Shown here: positions 36,309 to 51,580 of the stretch, piece by piece | Numbering within the stretch: position 1 is the stretch's first letter | Layout: every line of letters starts with the position of its first letter | DNA from: Octopus vulgaris | Taxonomy: Eukaryota | Reading direction: 5' to 3' | Assembly (NCBI GenBank): GCA_951406725.2 | Contig: OX597817.1 | Span: 116,932,001 to 116,996,000 of the forward strand | DNA length: 64,000 bases | Program-made: the position numbers and the translations under genes | The notes under the pieces: generated by a model | Told to the model about the DNA's origin: nothing | Seen by the model: the letters and a program-made list of their open reading frames with translations, nothing else | The model's database searches: none

Positions 36309-37869
36309 GTTTCATTTCGAAAAAAAAAGGATTGTTGATAATTAGAAAGTGTATGCACATCATGAATGAAGTTAAAATACAATGTATATGACCCTATATT
36401 CTTACTCCAAAACTTTTTCAAAATATCCATATTAAACGTGAGGCTCGTTGTAATCGTAATCTACTGTTGAACCACCAGCTCTTTTGAATAGAATGACTTA
36501 CACTCAAGCATCCTGATCATTACTATCGCCGTCGTTGTCATCGGCTTCCAATTTCTCTCCATCTTCTGCTAAATTAAAATTAGTTATTATGAGATTGATA
36601 TTGTATTTATAATAATCTACAAAATTTAATCACTGCTCATCATACAATTTCTCGCGTACTATTAGTGTGAAACATACGCATATTCGTACAGTTCTTTAAC
36701 ATATTTCACATGCCTTCCCTAGTATGAAACACTATCAGGAAATCATCTTTTAGTATTTTACATTTAAGTGTTTTTAATTTACTTTTTTGCCATAAATGCA
36801 TAAATCTAATGACATTAAAATAGATACCCTGAACATACCTGGTTTTAATTGCAGAAGGACCTACGAATTATACAAGCTATATATGATATCCAATGTAAAT
36901 ACTTAGAGAAATAGGGGAAATATCATCAATAACTTGCTACTACTTACATGACTATTCATTATATTTTCAAATGATGTATTATAAAACTTTATAACTTCTA
37001 CAGATTATAAAAATTAATGAAATAGAAAATGATTTTGCTAAAGAGAAGAACTAGGAGATTGTGGCGATACATGTATTTATATTATAGCTGCTACAGGTAT
37101 ACAACCGTAACGTCTGCCCAAACCAGTTGAACAGACTCAAGATGCAGAGAACTACGCAAAATATTCAGCCATCAATATCTTTGATTAAGACTGCCCATAG
37201 GTTATATGGCAATAGGAGCAAGTGTTCAATCAAACCGACAGTTTAGTATTAATCATAACCACATTCCAGTGAACAATACAGATTTTAATTTTAATTAATT
37301 TTATTTCATTAAGATTTGATTAAGTTATTGCCGTCATTCTTAAAATAACTGATGGCTAAGATAATCATTCCCTCTTCTCAACAAGTGTACAAATGTTAAT
37401 GCCATATAATTCAAAAATAATTTGCAACTTATTCTAAACTGGACCTGTGAAGAATTTGCTATCATTACTTTGTCACAGTGTAATGACTGAAAGAAATATA
37501 TAAATGATATTGGTCAATTATTTCGAGTTCTCTCCTCTCCGTCTCTCTCTCTCGAGCACGCACACAACACACCTACACTTACTCTCGCTATTTCTCACTC
37601 GAGCACGTACACACACACGCACACACACACTCTCTCTCTTTCTCACTGTATATCTATCTGTATGTTGTACATGTGTGTACATGAGAATATATTTATGGAA
37701 ATATTATATATACATATATATATATATACATATAGTCAAATGCATATATAGATAGTTCTTCCCCTTCCCATTTGCACTTCTCTCACCTGTCCATTCGTAC
37801 ATCAATACGACTTCCATGTTTCTTTCTTTCTCTCTATCTCAATGCTTATCTCAATCTGTCTCTAATGAC

Positions 37870-40815
37870 ATACTGGAGAATATGACAGATTAAATATGTC
37901 TCGAAACTGGAGAAGTGCCGATTTGAAATTACTCCTGAGAAGCTTGTAAATAGCCAACAGGTACAATACAGATATTCTTATAACGGTAGCTTTAATGTGC
38001 AATGGCTCCATAAGGACCACAACTCAGAGTGCAAGAAGCAACAAATTCATTCGTTCTATAATCTCATCAGACCTCACATTAGCATACTTAACATAATTTT
38101 AGCACAGAAATGCAAAAAGGATAACAAGGATGGAAAGTCTGATGTGAATTACAGATGTTCTTCTGGGTCTACTGCACAAAGGAACACACATGAAATCATA
38201 ATTGAGAGATCTGCCAAGGAAGGAGTCACAGAGCACAGATGGCCCTACCACCACCAATAGCAACAACCCCCCCAAAATAAAACCAGAAAGAACTACGAAA
38301 ATGGTTAAAAGAAGAAACAACTATTATTACAGTATTAAAAATGAATAAAAAAACAAAATTGAAGCCCCAAGTAAAACAACGAAAAACCGAAACAAGTCAG
38401 ATAGTCAATACTGGAAGACACAACTATTTAGGAAGCACACACAAGCGTGTAAATTTTGCTTCGCGCTGATTGCTGGCTTTAAGATGACGATGCAAACTAC
38501 CATTTTCTACACCCAAACGCATGCAACAGACAGAACAAAAGCAAAAGTTGCTCTCCAAAATGACCAAGTCACAAGGGACGCAAAAGTCGCACATCACCAG
38601 CATCAAAACTGAAATATGTTGACGTGGTGTGCACTACTTCGAAAAGACAGCACTATCAGCTGAGAAACAATCTTTTCTATGCAACAACTGACCTGGCTAC
38701 ATCAATTCCAAAGTTGAAGTCATCCACACCAACACGCAAGACATCTACAGCCAATGGATCCAGAGTAGTCACAACTGGCATCATCACAAATGTCATACCA
38801 ATATAAGTTATAAACATCAGAGGACTGTTACAATTCAGTAACAGAACCAACATTTTCTTCTCGAGAGACCTTATACAAAGCACTCTCCGAAACGCACCTA
38901 AAACCCGACATTGCAGATGCAGAAATACACATACCGAAGTATGATACATTGTGGAGCGACAAAAACAAAACCATGTGGAATTACAGTGTACAGCGGTGAA
39001 GAGTTCCTACCCCAGCTACTTTTGCCACACTCAAACTCAGTTTCTGACACACTAATTGTACATATAAGACAACTCGATATAATTATATGTACTACTTATG
39101 GACCACCATATGCTCAAAATCACACGGGCCTATTGGAAGACTGTCTTTGCAAGAATAGATGTCTTAACCAAACTAGAAGAGCACATCAGTGTACCTCAAA
39201 TGGGAAACTTGAACTTGTCCAATGTAGGTTAGCCTGTAGGCCTTTTACTCTCAGGATTGACGTGAGTTGAGCAAATTCAAGTGGAATCAATGTTCAACCT
39301 CACCAACAAGTTATACATGGAGAAAGCAATTCCCCAATCAACCAGGGCAAACAATATACTTGACCTCTGCTCCACAAACAATGTAGATCTCGTCCATAAG
39401 GTGAAAGGGACACCGTTGCTAGACTCGGATCACAACAAAATAGAGCCAACCATGTATGATCTAAAGGATCCCTCAAACATGTAGCCTATAAGAAGCACGA
39501 AAAATCTATCCAATCTCAACTACTACAAAGCAGACTAGAAATCAATAGAGAAAGAGATCATCAAATAGGACTGGTTCCAATGTCTCTCTAAGCCTAATAT
39601 AAATATGAAATTGAAAACATTCATATCCATAATGAAAGCCATATGATGGCACAGCTCTTGCATCTCTACCACCGGATGCTAAGGCAGCTGCTCAACAACT
39701 CACATGTGCATTTGATATGCCTCGACTTTGTAAAATCCTTTGACAAAGTCGACCATGGTATGATATGTCACAAGCTGCCTAATGTCGGCAAATTTAGAGA
39801 ATGTCTACATGACTTTCTAAAAGATAGAAGTAAGGTAGTGGTGGCTAATTATTTGTATTTCTACTTCTATTCATAGTAGCCCTCTCACATATGCGCTCAG
39901 CTCCTTGCTATGTAGATGATACATAAGGCTCCCAGAGCATACAGGACCCTGGAGTCGTAGCGCATCTGCAACAGGATTTGAATGCGGTATACAGGGGGCT
40001 GAGAAAAATAACATGCAATTGATGCTGGAAAAGTCCGAGACCAGCGCTGCCAACAGGTGAAGCTCAATGAAAAGCAGACAGAATACACTAAACTAGGAGT
40101 GATTGTAATCCCATCCCTTAATGGAAATCAGTGCGTGACCAGGGCTTGAACTTGAGTGATGATGTATCTTTTCCGGTGCATACTAATAAAGTGGCAATAA
40201 AATGTAGACGGTTGGACAGATGGATCCTCAGAACCTTCAGAACGGAGGAATAAGAGTCCATGATGGTCCTCTGGAGGACATTTGTTTCTTAGCCGTTTGG
40301 ATTACTGTTCCCAATTGTGGTCACCGAATTCGTAACAATATAGCAAGCTACATAAAGAAGACCTTCTAAATGCGACATGTAGCTATTGGGAGAGACTGAA
40401 AGATTGAGAACCTATTCCCTAGAACGAAGGCATGAAAGGTGTGTCGTAATATACATCTGGCCATGTTAGTTACAAAAACAAAAGAAAGAGGTGCCACCAA
40501 AAATCCCAACTTTGCCCTCAGGATACAGGAGCAGATGCTGTAACAGCATGGGCTTCAAGAGTCAGCAACTCTTTACTATCCTTCCATAAAGCCTGAACAA
40601 CCTACAGGAGGTGGATATAGACGTCTTCAATACAAAACTGGGTCTCCTATTGTCAAGAATTCCAGATGAACCTATTTCGTGGAGAGAAAGGCAGATGAAG
40701 GCCGCAAAATCAAACTCCCAAACTCAACAAATGCCACACGTCAGAGGAAAGTGTAGCAAAGCAAACGGTGGTGTTCCAGTATAGCCACAGCTCTCATGCT
40801 GCAAATAGAAAAGAG
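37870..40815 (+). mobile_element. Long degraded CR1-like LINE (APE endonuclease + RT + 3' tail)
   Basis: NIRGL, IICTTYGPP, TRANNILDLCSTNN and SDHN (APE); LDFVKSFDKVDHG (RT); YWERLK..YSLERR and LLLSRIPDEP; 3' tail GGTGGTGTTCCAGTATAGCCACAGC. Many stops and frameshifts; 5' boundary uncertain. Confidence 0.82.
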
Positions 40816-40849
40816 AAAAATATATAATTTGACATACTTCCTTGAGGTG

Positions 40850-41075
40850 TTTTCCTCAAACAAATATACCCGAGTACTTATTCTTCTTAAGCCTGGTACT
40901 TATTGTATCGCACTCTCTTGCCAAACCATTATAATTCCCTTTACTTAAACATACCAACACCTGTTGTCGAGCGGTAGTGGGAGAAAACATAGAGACAAAG
41001 TCACGCAGATACACGTGCTTACGTACAAATATACGACAGGCTTTTTTCAGTTTCCATCTACCAGATTCACTCAGC
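40850..41075 (-). mobile_element. SINE family C, internal fragment
   Basis: Reverse complement GTGAATCTGGTAGATGGAAACTGAAAAAAGCCTGTCG..ATAAGTACCAGGCTT, homologous to ~51300-51490. Confidence 0.65.
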
Positions 41076-41154
41076 CTGCGCCTGTACATACATACATACA
41101 CATATACATGCATACATACATGTATATCATCATATTCGTTTCCTTATATATATG

Positions 41155-41605
<451 letters not shown>

Positions 41606-42169
41606 ATGAGAACATGTTTGGAGTGATCACTACTGATGGCGATTTTATACCTCCATGCATCTCCCCACCCTCGTCTCACACTCAACATGGAGACCAATAT
41701 CAAGTGCCTGGAGGAGGTAGTGTTACCCTGGGTCAAGAGGGTGGCTGGTGGAAGACACTATACTTAGCAACAGGACTCTGCATCATTCCACACAAGCAGG
41801 AGAAACCAGTTATTGCTAGCCGACAATTTTTGCGACCACATCACCCTTAACATCTTGACACCTAACTCCCCAGATTGCAACTCTTTTGATTATTATGTGT
41901 GGGAGCCCAACAAAATTGCTTTGTAACACCAAAGATGAACTGAAGGCAATGATTATTGCAGCGTTCATCAACTTAAACAAGGAGGCCGTGCAGAACAGCT
42001 GCAGGAGATTCTTAAGTCGTTTGGAGTCGGTGGTTGAAGCCAATGGCGATTTTATTGAATAAATTTACTCCTTGGTATTTTAAGATGGTAAATATACCTG
42101 TTAAAACAAGAAATCAGTTTTATTTTAACTTTTGCGTAATTTAGACGACAGTTTCTTCACCGCACCCTG
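41606..42169 (+). mobile_element. Tc1/mariner (DD37D/maT-like) 3' relic
   Basis: FGVITTDGDFIPP, QQDSASFHTS, TPNSPDCNSFDYYVW. Ends CACCGCACCCTG|TA. Confidence 0.82.
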
Positions 42170-42226
42170 TATATATGCATGTATGTATATTCATATATGT
42201 ATATATATCCCCACCATTTACTGACT

Positions 42227-42273
<47 letters not shown>

Positions 42274-44149
42274 ATGTGAGTGTGTGTATGTGTGTATGTG
42301 TGTCAGTGTGTGAGTGTATATGCACATACGTACATAGTCCCAACACCAGGTCTTTAATATCGCTGTGTCCGAGCAAAATCTTCATATGTGTATGTGTGCC
42401 TTTGTATGTCTGTGTGTGTATGCTCGCGTATATATATATTGTAATGGTGTGACATTTCTTTAAACTACTTTAATTGAGTATGTCTAATTGAATTGAGATA
42501 TGTCTGCGGAAAAAAATCAGGCTCTAATTGCAAGTGCCTTACTTGCCTCATATCTTTAATTGGTTTTCAATAATTAAAGTTTCAGTATTTACCTCACTGC
42601 ATTTCTTGATGAGAATTTGGGAATTACTCATTGAGCTTGGTATTTTCTTCTCGCCAAATTTATAAACTGTATTAAATAAAATTTAATGGCTAATTACTTT
42701 TAGACTGTATCAGCAGCCGTATCATAACATGCTATGATTTATACCTCAAAATGCAATATACGGAATTCCTTTTGGAGGTTTCAGCAACAAATCTATGGTA
42801 GCTAAGTGGCAATACTGCATGTTTCGTTATTGTCACTCAATTACTTTTGGAGTGATGTGTGTTGTTTTTTCGAACTATATAGGGAAAAGTGAGATGTCTT
42901 GCTGGTACATATTAGAAATGAAAATGCGTAATATACGTAGGTCACGGGGTGCTGACATGCAACAATATGCTGCCTAGTGGCTTAATTGTTAGAGTTATAT
43001 GAACGGCAGGGGCAGCTGAGGAAATGACAGAAATATAATTCATGCCCCTTCTCCTTAGCGTTATTCTGACATTGTGCATAGAGAAATGATACTCATGAAA
43101 GTGATGGTACTATTGATAGACTTGTGATACGTAAGTAATTTTAGTGCCAAAATCTGTTATTGATTGAACAAAGCACATTACGAGAAAAAAGATGAGGAAG
43201 AAATTCTTTCATACGTGCTTGTCAATCCCTTTTGTTACCTGTTAATGATAAAAAGCTTTTCTTAGGGTTTTTTTTTTCCTTCTATTTTTCTTTCGCTCAA
43301 ATGTCAATTACATACATTCACTTTTCTCACCAGCTGAACACCTTTTAATGAATAAAAGAAACAAATCACATTTGCTTTATCTTCTTTTACTGTCGTTTTC
43401 AGATGTTATATTTGTTTCTTTATATACTTTTAGCTTTATTGTGAGACTTTTTTCAAAAATATTTCATGATTTATGGGCTGGCAAAAGAACATAATAAAAC
43501 AATAGAGGAAGGGAGCAATGAGAATACAAAGGAGCCATTAGATAGCATCATGAAATCTCAAGATAAAATGCAAATAAAAAGCATTGTAAATTGTTTCATA
43601 ATATATATTTCCGTTTTCTACTTTTTATTTTTAGTTTAGAAATGACTTGTACCTCTCATTCTATTCGGTTATTTTTTGCTTTTCTTTTAGTTGTGTTTAT
43701 TTTCCCCGATCTCCCTTGATTAATAAGTGTTATCTATAATGAATTCACACACTTATTTTATTATTAATATTTTTCTTTGCGTTCTTTCTCGTGAATGCAT
43801 ACTTGAATGTATGTATTCTTATATTTGTTTTCCAGTAAATCTTTTAAGATAGTTTATTTCATTTTCTCTTTTAATTGTGTCTATTTAGTTACTTTGAAAT
43901 TATTTCTTTTATATGATGCATTCTTTAGAAAGCAAGTTCAAAACTGATAGAAGTCAAAATACTGAGCCATAATATAATGGAAACGTGAAAAATATGCACG
44001 CAAAAATAAAAGTATAGAGTAAAATAATATACTTAATTAATAGATAAGTATTACAAAGTAAAGAAATGTCTAAATAATAGGTTAAAGAATCTTTCATCTA
44101 GTGTTGTTATAAAAGAAATAGCATCAACAACAGTAGCAATAATGATAAT

Positions 44150-44362
44150 GATTTCAAATTTTGGCACAAGGCAAGCAACTTCAGGGCAGGAGGTACGTCG
44201 ATTACGTCGACCCCAGTGCTCAACTGTCTATTATTCTATCGCTACCGAACGATGAAAGGCAAAGTCAGCCTCGGTGGAATTTGAACTCAGAACGTAAAAA
44301 CGAATGAAAGAACGCAAAGCATTTTGTACGACGTGCTAACGACTTTGCCAGCTCATTGCCTT
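44150..44362 (-). mobile_element. tRNA-derived SINE (family A)
   Basis: Head CCAGCTCATTGCCTT and core GATGAAAGGCAAAGTC..GGAATTTGAACTCAGAACGT. Confidence 0.8.
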
Positions 44363-44382
44363 AACAACAATAATAGTAATAA

Positions 44383-45163
44383 TTTATTCTTTTATTGGCC
44401 ACAAGGGCTCACATAAAATTACACTAAAAGACATATATCAACATAAAAGACAAAAACAGGACGATACAATGGATTTTACAACGTATAAACAATATAACTA
44501 ACAATTAGATATCAAACAAATTAAAACTCCCGATAGGGGAGGCACGCTTTAAGGACCTGGTGGAAAAATCCACAAAAGCCATGGGTGCCTGAACAACAGG
44601 GCAAGATACCTTCTCCTTTTCTTTACAAGTGCACGCTGAGAATTGGTCCTTTTCCACTGGTCATTCTTCCAACATTTACACACCTTTCAACAAACTTCCT
44701 ACAAAGCAACACATCTCTTTCCACCCTCAACTTCCTTTTCAAGTGAAACTTGAAAAAGTTGATGAGGGCTTGGCCAAAGAGGAAAGTGTCTGTGTTTAGC
44801 TCTTTCAAACATGACCCCCATGCTACCTCTTTCGCTACAACTATTGCACAAATAAAAATTGCCTACCCTTCCCGGCCAAAAGAGGGCGGTGGGGCAATCT
44901 TCATAATGGATTCAGCTGATAGCTGGATCCGTCTTACACGCGACAGCAGGTGTTCGACATAATCCCACAGGTCAGCAATACTCGGGCACTGTACTAGGGC
45001 GCGCAGAACGGTTTCATCATTCAGGGTACACCTCAGACAGGGTTGGTTGACGGCAATTCCGTGCCTGTAAAGTGTATCCCGAACAGGCAGCCCCCCCCCC
45101 CTCGGTAACACTGCCAGGCAAGGGATTTCTGGAAGTTATTCATAGGCCCAGGCCGGAATGTTC
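44383..45163 (-). mobile_element. Tx1/L1-like LINE 3' fragment (zf-RVT region)
   Basis: LPVRDTL..PCLRCTLNDETVLRALVQCP..W. The 3' end has AATAAA; (AAT)n on both sides. Confidence 0.75.
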
Positions 45164-45185
45164 AATAATAATAATAATAATAATG

Positions 45186-45598
45186 GTCGTTTCTACTGAA
45201 AGCACAAGGCCTGGAAATTGATGGGGAGACGGGACAAGTCGAATACATCGATTCTAGTATATCACTGGTACTTAATTTGTCAGACTCGGAAGAAAGTCGA
45301 CGTCGGCGGAATTACAACTCAGGACATAGCAACGGGCGAAACACCGCTAAGCATTCGGTGTAACGTGCTAACGATACTTTCATCTCTCCGCCTTAAGAAA
45401 CGACAACAACAAAAAACAACAACTACATAATAATAATAATTCTTTCTACTGAAAGCACAATGCCTCACATTTGGGGTAAGGGACTAAGTTGATTTACATC
45501 GACCCCAGTTCGTAACTGGTACTTATTTAATCGACCACGAAAGGATGAATGGTAAAGTCGATCTCGGCGGAACTTGAATACAGAACGTGCAGACAGGT
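45186..45598 (-). mobile_element. Two SINE family A copies (45186-45394; partial 45440-45598)
   Basis: TTTCTACTGAAAGCACAA tails and AAAGTCGA..CGGCGGAA cores. Confidence 0.75.
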
Positions 45599-46224
45599 GA
45601 TAATAATAATGATAACATGGGTGCTAATACTAGAAATCGTGATATAGAGCAATGAGAGAGTAATGAATTATGCAATTTACATTTTAAGGTGCAAAAAATT
45701 AGATGAATAATAATCTAAATATAATATATTTCTCTGACGAAATGTATAAAGATGGTAGTTCACAAAGGTTTTTAAAATGTATATTATCTCAAGCAAATCT
45801 AAGTACAGGCAATACACATGTGTGCGCATACAGTCAAATAAGTAAAGGCGGTGCTAATATAATCTCTCACTCACACAATCAGATAATGAACATTGTTTGG
45901 TGTCCAGTATTTTCACAGCGATGTCACCGGACTATATGCATTATGAATCTTTTATGTCCTAGTCCATGTTTTCACATCACCAAGGAAACCATAGATGAGA
46001 AGTGCCAAACACTACCATAATTTTGCCATTTGCGTTTAATAGTTATGGGACAAATTTTATCGACGTGGTCTTCTCTCTCTGTTTGGATCTTTTCACGGTA
46101 CTGCTACCAGTTCTCGACACAGAGAACTTGGTATTCACCCTTTCTACTGTCATCTGAGGTAGATATTCAACAAAAGGTTCCAAACATGCCTCAACTTCAT
46201 ACACACATACATACACAGAACAAA

Positions 46225-46740
46225 ACATTTCAAGTACTGAATCACCCCGGATGACTGCTCTCGATTATTGGAACTGCCTTAGAGCATTGAAACTCTATTC
46301 TATCCAGCGGCACCGTGAGAGATACATAATTTGCACAATGTGGAAAATATACCACGAGTATTTCCCAAACTATCTTAACATCAGTTTCAGTATTAATCCA
46401 TGGATAGAACCACGTGCCATACGTCCTCCACCCAATACAGGATCGCAACACATAATTTTTTTTTACTCAATAGGCCTTACCCTATTTAACATTGTCTCAA
46501 AATAAATCAAAAAGGAAAAATATGCCATCACTTTTAAACGGAATCTAGATAAATTTCTTCAAAGGATACCAGACATGCCACCTATACCTGGCTACAACTC
46601 ACACAACAAAAACTCCCTGCTTGGGTGGGTCATGATACTATGGAACTTGACTTTAAAAGGCTTTAGTAAATCCTATCAGGTGGTGCTATGAAGTTAGACA
46701 TGGCCTGGACCATTCTTTAGTCGACGTATATCTAAGTGTA
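46225..46740 (+). mobile_element. CR1-like LINE 3' fragment
   Basis: DYWNCLRALKLYSIQRHRERYII..WKI, GLTLFNI, FKRNLDKFLQRIPDMP. Confidence 0.8.
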
Positions 46741-47034
46741 ATCCAAGTTTATGAAATGAGATAGATAGAAGGTGAAATCGTCAGACGTACAGGTTATTTG
46801 TATATGAAGCTATGAACGGCAATGATGAGCTGGATACGTTTGAAATCAGTTCAAGAGAGAGGTAACAAATGCAGCAGATATTTTATCTGATGCTCAAAAT
46901 ACTCTGCCAACATCCCTACCTCATAGGGATGATGAAATATTATTTCGAGCTCAGATAAAATGTCTGCTGCATTTGTTACCTCCTTCTCTCTCTCTCCCTC
47001 TATCTGTCTGTATGTCTGTCTGTCTGTCTGTCTC

Positions 47035-47092
<58 letters not shown>

Positions 47093-48014
47093 CAGAGAAT
47101 ACGAATCTGTGAAAAATATTTTTTAAGTTTAATTTTTCGTAAAGAAACATTCAATGCCGCTTCCCCCAACACTTATCACTGACCCGCTTTCAAAAAGCTA
47201 AAACCACCCAATGTTTCACTTTTGTCTGTTTCCCGCATGCGTAAAAATGAATTGAAATACCAGACGTAGAGCATCAACAGAAAATCCAATATGCTAGAAA
47301 CAACGGGTAAACGACATTATTTCTGAAGAAACTTCCCTGCTTGCCATAAAGCTAAAAGTGAAACATTGGGAAGTTTGTAGCTTTTTGAGAGTTTTGGTTG
47401 TTTGGGAAGGAGAATTTAGTGTTTCTTTAAGAAAAAAGAAGAAAATTCCTAAAGTTGCGTACTCTGTTTTCTTCTCCGTGGATTACCAAGAGAAAATTCG
47501 AAAAACAGTAAAAAATGAAGAACTTGGAATGGGGAGGGAGAAAATTAAAATATTGAGAACCTGTTTTTGGGACGAAATCCTAATCTTTCTGTATTGAAAA
47601 CATAGGAATCGAAAGAAATTTAGGAAAAAACTCGCAATGAAAGTCATCTCGGACATGATAGAAACAACAGGTAAAGAACAAGATTTTTGGCAGAAGTTCC
47701 CTTTAAATTTATATCGAAGATCAGGTTTTTAAATGCACTCATCACGAACACGAATTATAGAATAGAATCATGTGATTTCAACTGGATTTGAGTTGTAATT
47801 TTGTGCGAGCACATAACAAAAAATAACGTATTTCATACAGAAGATTTACCTAGAGTGCCTTTGTGTGTGTGTATGTATGTGTGTGCGCGCGGGTGTCTGT
47901 CTAAGGAATGTATTTTATGACATTCATTTGTTTGAAGGAGGAAAGTCCTCATCTCGATCGTATGGTATCATATGTTTGTTCGTTAATTTCCGTAAATTAT
48001 TTATAATTCTTTAT

Positions 48015-49212
48015 GCTGCTTTTAAGGGAGCAGAAATTAAAAGAGAGGAGAAAGTGAAACGACTACCTTTGCTCTGAAGTGAAAGCAGAAAGTGAAAGAT
48101 ACATGTACGTGTATATGAAATGGACGTGAATGTGTATGCGTGTGTACATATGTGCGTGTGAGAGAGAGAGGGAGAGAGCGAGTGAGTGAAAGTGTGTGTT
48201 GTTATGTATGTATTTTTGCATGTATATGTGGCACTTACTGGCTTTCTCTCTCCCCCTCTCTTTCTCACACATGCATTATCTTTCGTATATACGTGCATAA
48301 ATACTTACGCATACATCCCTTTTGTATGTAAGTCTACGTCTACATGTGAGAGAGAAAGGGAGTGACTGTATTTCCTCATAGCATATAGACAAATGAGTAT
48401 CTTTTAACGTACACACTAATATAGAAAATATGATGTCGTCGTCGTCGTCGTGGAATAAAATGTAATTTAGAATAGCTGAATTCTAGAAAGATTATAATGT
48501 TAAATTTTTGTAAGGTTTATTTGTTTTGAAAGAAAACTGAATCTTTTGATACCTCATACGTCCAAATCGGCAACCCAGTTTTCGAAAGTTTTCGTTAATG
48601 TCAATAAAAACATTTATTTCCTGACGCTTTTAAGAGAACAGAAAGAGAAAAGAAAGTGAAACGGTAACATTTGCATTGAATGGAGAGCAGAAAGTAAAAG
48701 AGAGGAGTAAGTGAAATATATATGTACGTATATAAGAAATGGATGTGTGCACGTGTGCGTGTGCGTGAGTGAGAGAGAGAGGGAGAGTGTATGTTAAAGT
48801 GGTACATGTATGTTAAAGTGGTACTTACTCTGTCTCATACACACATTATCTTTCATATATACCTATATAAATACATATGCATACATCTTTATTGTATATT
48901 TGGGTACGTGTGCATGTCTGGGTGAGAGAGAGAGAATTACTGTATTTCTTCATATAATATAGAGAAATGGATATAGAGAAAATATAGAGAAATGGATGTC
49001 TGCTAAGGAACACACTCATATAGAGAATGTGACGTCGCCGTGATATAAAATGTTTTCAATAGCTGACGTATAGAACAGATTAGAATGTAAAATGTAACTG
49101 AAAATAAAGTCTATTTAGTGTCGTATGATTATTGAATCTTTTGATACCCCATACGCCAAACTCGGCAACTCAGTTTTTGAATGAATAAGGAAGATTCGCG
49201 TTCACAAAAGCC

Positions 49213-49245
<33 letters not shown>
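48015..49245. repeat. Diverged ~570-bp tandem duplication, possibly internal repeats of a non-autonomous Helitron-like element
   Basis: 48015-48585 resembles 48622-49180. Terminates in CACAC..CTCTTTTATATATA, like the Helitron end at 7410-7436. Confidence 0.6.
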
Positions 49246-49249
<4 letters not shown>

Positions 49250-49816
49250 ATATATACGGAGAACGAGGGCCAATTCATATACGGAAGAAAAGGTAAGACA
49301 TATATAGTGTATTGTTTGAGTACGTTGGTATAGTTTTAATAACTCTTAATACATGAATTTGAAAACAAATATAAAAACACTTTACCTCTTACTTGTTTAA
49401 CATCTGTTGTTGGACATATTGTAAAAGTTTTAACTGAGTATACGATAGTTAATTCACTAAAGCGTAACGTATGCATTAAGTGATAGAATGAAATGAATGA
49501 ATGCAGTATTGAAATTCTATCTCTCGCGCTCTGTTACTGCCTGTTGTTCTCTCTGTCCGCCTCTTATATTCCCAGTGTGTCTATCTCTTCTTGTCTCCCC
49601 CTTTCCCTGATACCAGCCACCCCCATTAAGCCATATTTCCCTGAACATAACACTATTGCACCCCTCTAATTTTATCGTGTAATAGCTCAACCCTCTTAGT
49701 CGGTCCATTATCGATTTTTAATTGAATTGGATGTTAGTTCAAAATGTATACAAATTTTTTTGAAATTTAGTTCACTGTTCTGGGTAGCAAGATGGCAACA
49801 GACAGAAATTGCCATT

Positions 49817-49849
<33 letters not shown>

Positions 49850-50077
49850 TTGTGTGCTACTATTATTTTCATGTGCTGAGAGCATGACAAAAATATTTCT
49901 AACACGAGTGGTGTCTTAGCGCAATCATCAGACACAGCCAATATGGCATAACGAACTAAAAGATGTCGCAGTACATGGCACTAATAGTAGCACATAAATA
50001 CACATGTTTATTAAGTATTATTTATCTCTCACCAAATGCATTACATTTTGTTGATCTTACTATCACGGAACAGTACG

Positions 50078-50108
<31 letters not shown>

Positions 50109-50272
50109 TGCAATATGAAAGAGGGAGAGAGAGAGAGAGAGAGGGATAAACAGAGGTAGATGGAGACAGAGAAAGAGACTTGGAGATAAAGATAGATATG
50201 CAAGTTTTATACTTTTACTATTTAGCTGCGGCAAAATTGTGACTTAATGATTTTCCCGTTGTTGCTATTTTC

Positions 50273-50367
50273 TTTAAAAACACACAAAAACCGTTAGATT
50301 CACTTTACTATTTTGGCAAATTAAATTTCAATGTGGAAGTGAATCTAAGGATTTGTGTGTTTTTAAA
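50273..50367. repeat. ~33-bp imperfect hairpin
   Basis: TTTAAAAACACACAAAAACCGTTAGATTCACTT pairs with AAGTGAATCTAAGGATTTGTGTGTTTTTAAA across a 31-nt loop. Confidence 0.8.
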
Positions 50368-51194
50368 TGGCTTATAAACACCTTCCGCTCTACAATTGTT
50401 TTTGTTTCAGCATACGATCTCAGGTCAGGTTACTCGCTATGCTATTTACTTTGTCTTGCTAAATTGCCATCCCTAAAAATACGACCTGGATATAAAAGTT
50501 GTATCAGACACATAAACATACAGTTTCATAGATACAAGCGCATAGACAGTCTCATATATAGGCCAATCACAATGCCGTCTTATGTGTTTGCGTATGCATG
50601 TGTGTGCGTGCGCGCGCAGACAGAGGGCGTGTGTGCTATATATATATTAAGAGATTCATCCCCAGCTATACACGTTAATTTACATACACAAATATATTTA
50701 AATCTGAAGAAACTTACATATGCCATACAAATTGTAAGTTATTCAGCATAAATAGTTTTTGTGGAAATTGTAGACGCTAAAAGAAATATGTTCTTGTAAC
50801 AATTAAAAGCCTACAGGTTTGGTTTCATTCAAGTTTAATTGCCGTTATATGTTATCATCGACATACGCTTCCTTATTACATACTGTGTCTATTCACTGAT
50901 TATTGTAAAGAGAAAATTCGTAATAGAACAAAGCTCATGCTTAATTTCAAATTTGCTTGCAAATTCGATTCTTCGCTTTGCTCTGACTTTGAGAATGTTG
51001 CAGCCACTGTTTTGTTTTGCAATATCTGGAAACGTCAGCAAAAAGAACAATGAAAACATCATTTAAACTCGTTCCAAATCAGCACGTAACACATGGACGT
51101 CAACAATTTCAAGTATTTCACGTCATATGTTGTGTGTGGTAATTTATTATGGTAAAACAGCGTAATATTTTTCTCTTCCAGTTAAGTGGAAACT

Positions 51195-51580
51195 GTGGTA
51201 AGAAGCTTGCTTGCCAACCACATGGTTCCGGGTTCAGCTCCACCGCATGGCAACTTGAGCAAATGATTTTTACGATAGCTTCGGGCCGATGAATTCCTAG
51301 TGAGTGGATTTGGTTGACGGAAAAGTAACTAAAAGAAACCCGTCGTTCATATGTGTGTGCAGCTTTGTGTCTGTCTTTATCCCCCACCTCATCATCACGT
51401 CTTGGAATCTGATGTTGATGCGTTTACATCCCCTTAATCTAGTGGTTCAGAAAAAGAGACAGATAAGAATATGTACTAAGCTTTAAAAATTAGTCTTGAG
51501 ATCAATTTGTTCTACTAAAACTCTTCAAAGTGTTACCCCAACATAGCTGCAGTGATACGACTGGAAGAATAAAAGAAAAC
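51195..51580 (+). mobile_element. tRNA-derived SINE (family C) with LINE-like tail
   Basis: TGTGGTAAGAAGCTTGC..GGGTTCAGCTCC head, CORE-like TGGCAACTTGAGCAAATG, tail GTGTTACCCCAACATAGCTGCAG. Confidence 0.75.

Noticed and set aside
42500-43150. Repeat-poor stretch with TAAT motifs as a candidate enhancer
   Set aside because: No support without cross-species conservation or chromatin data.
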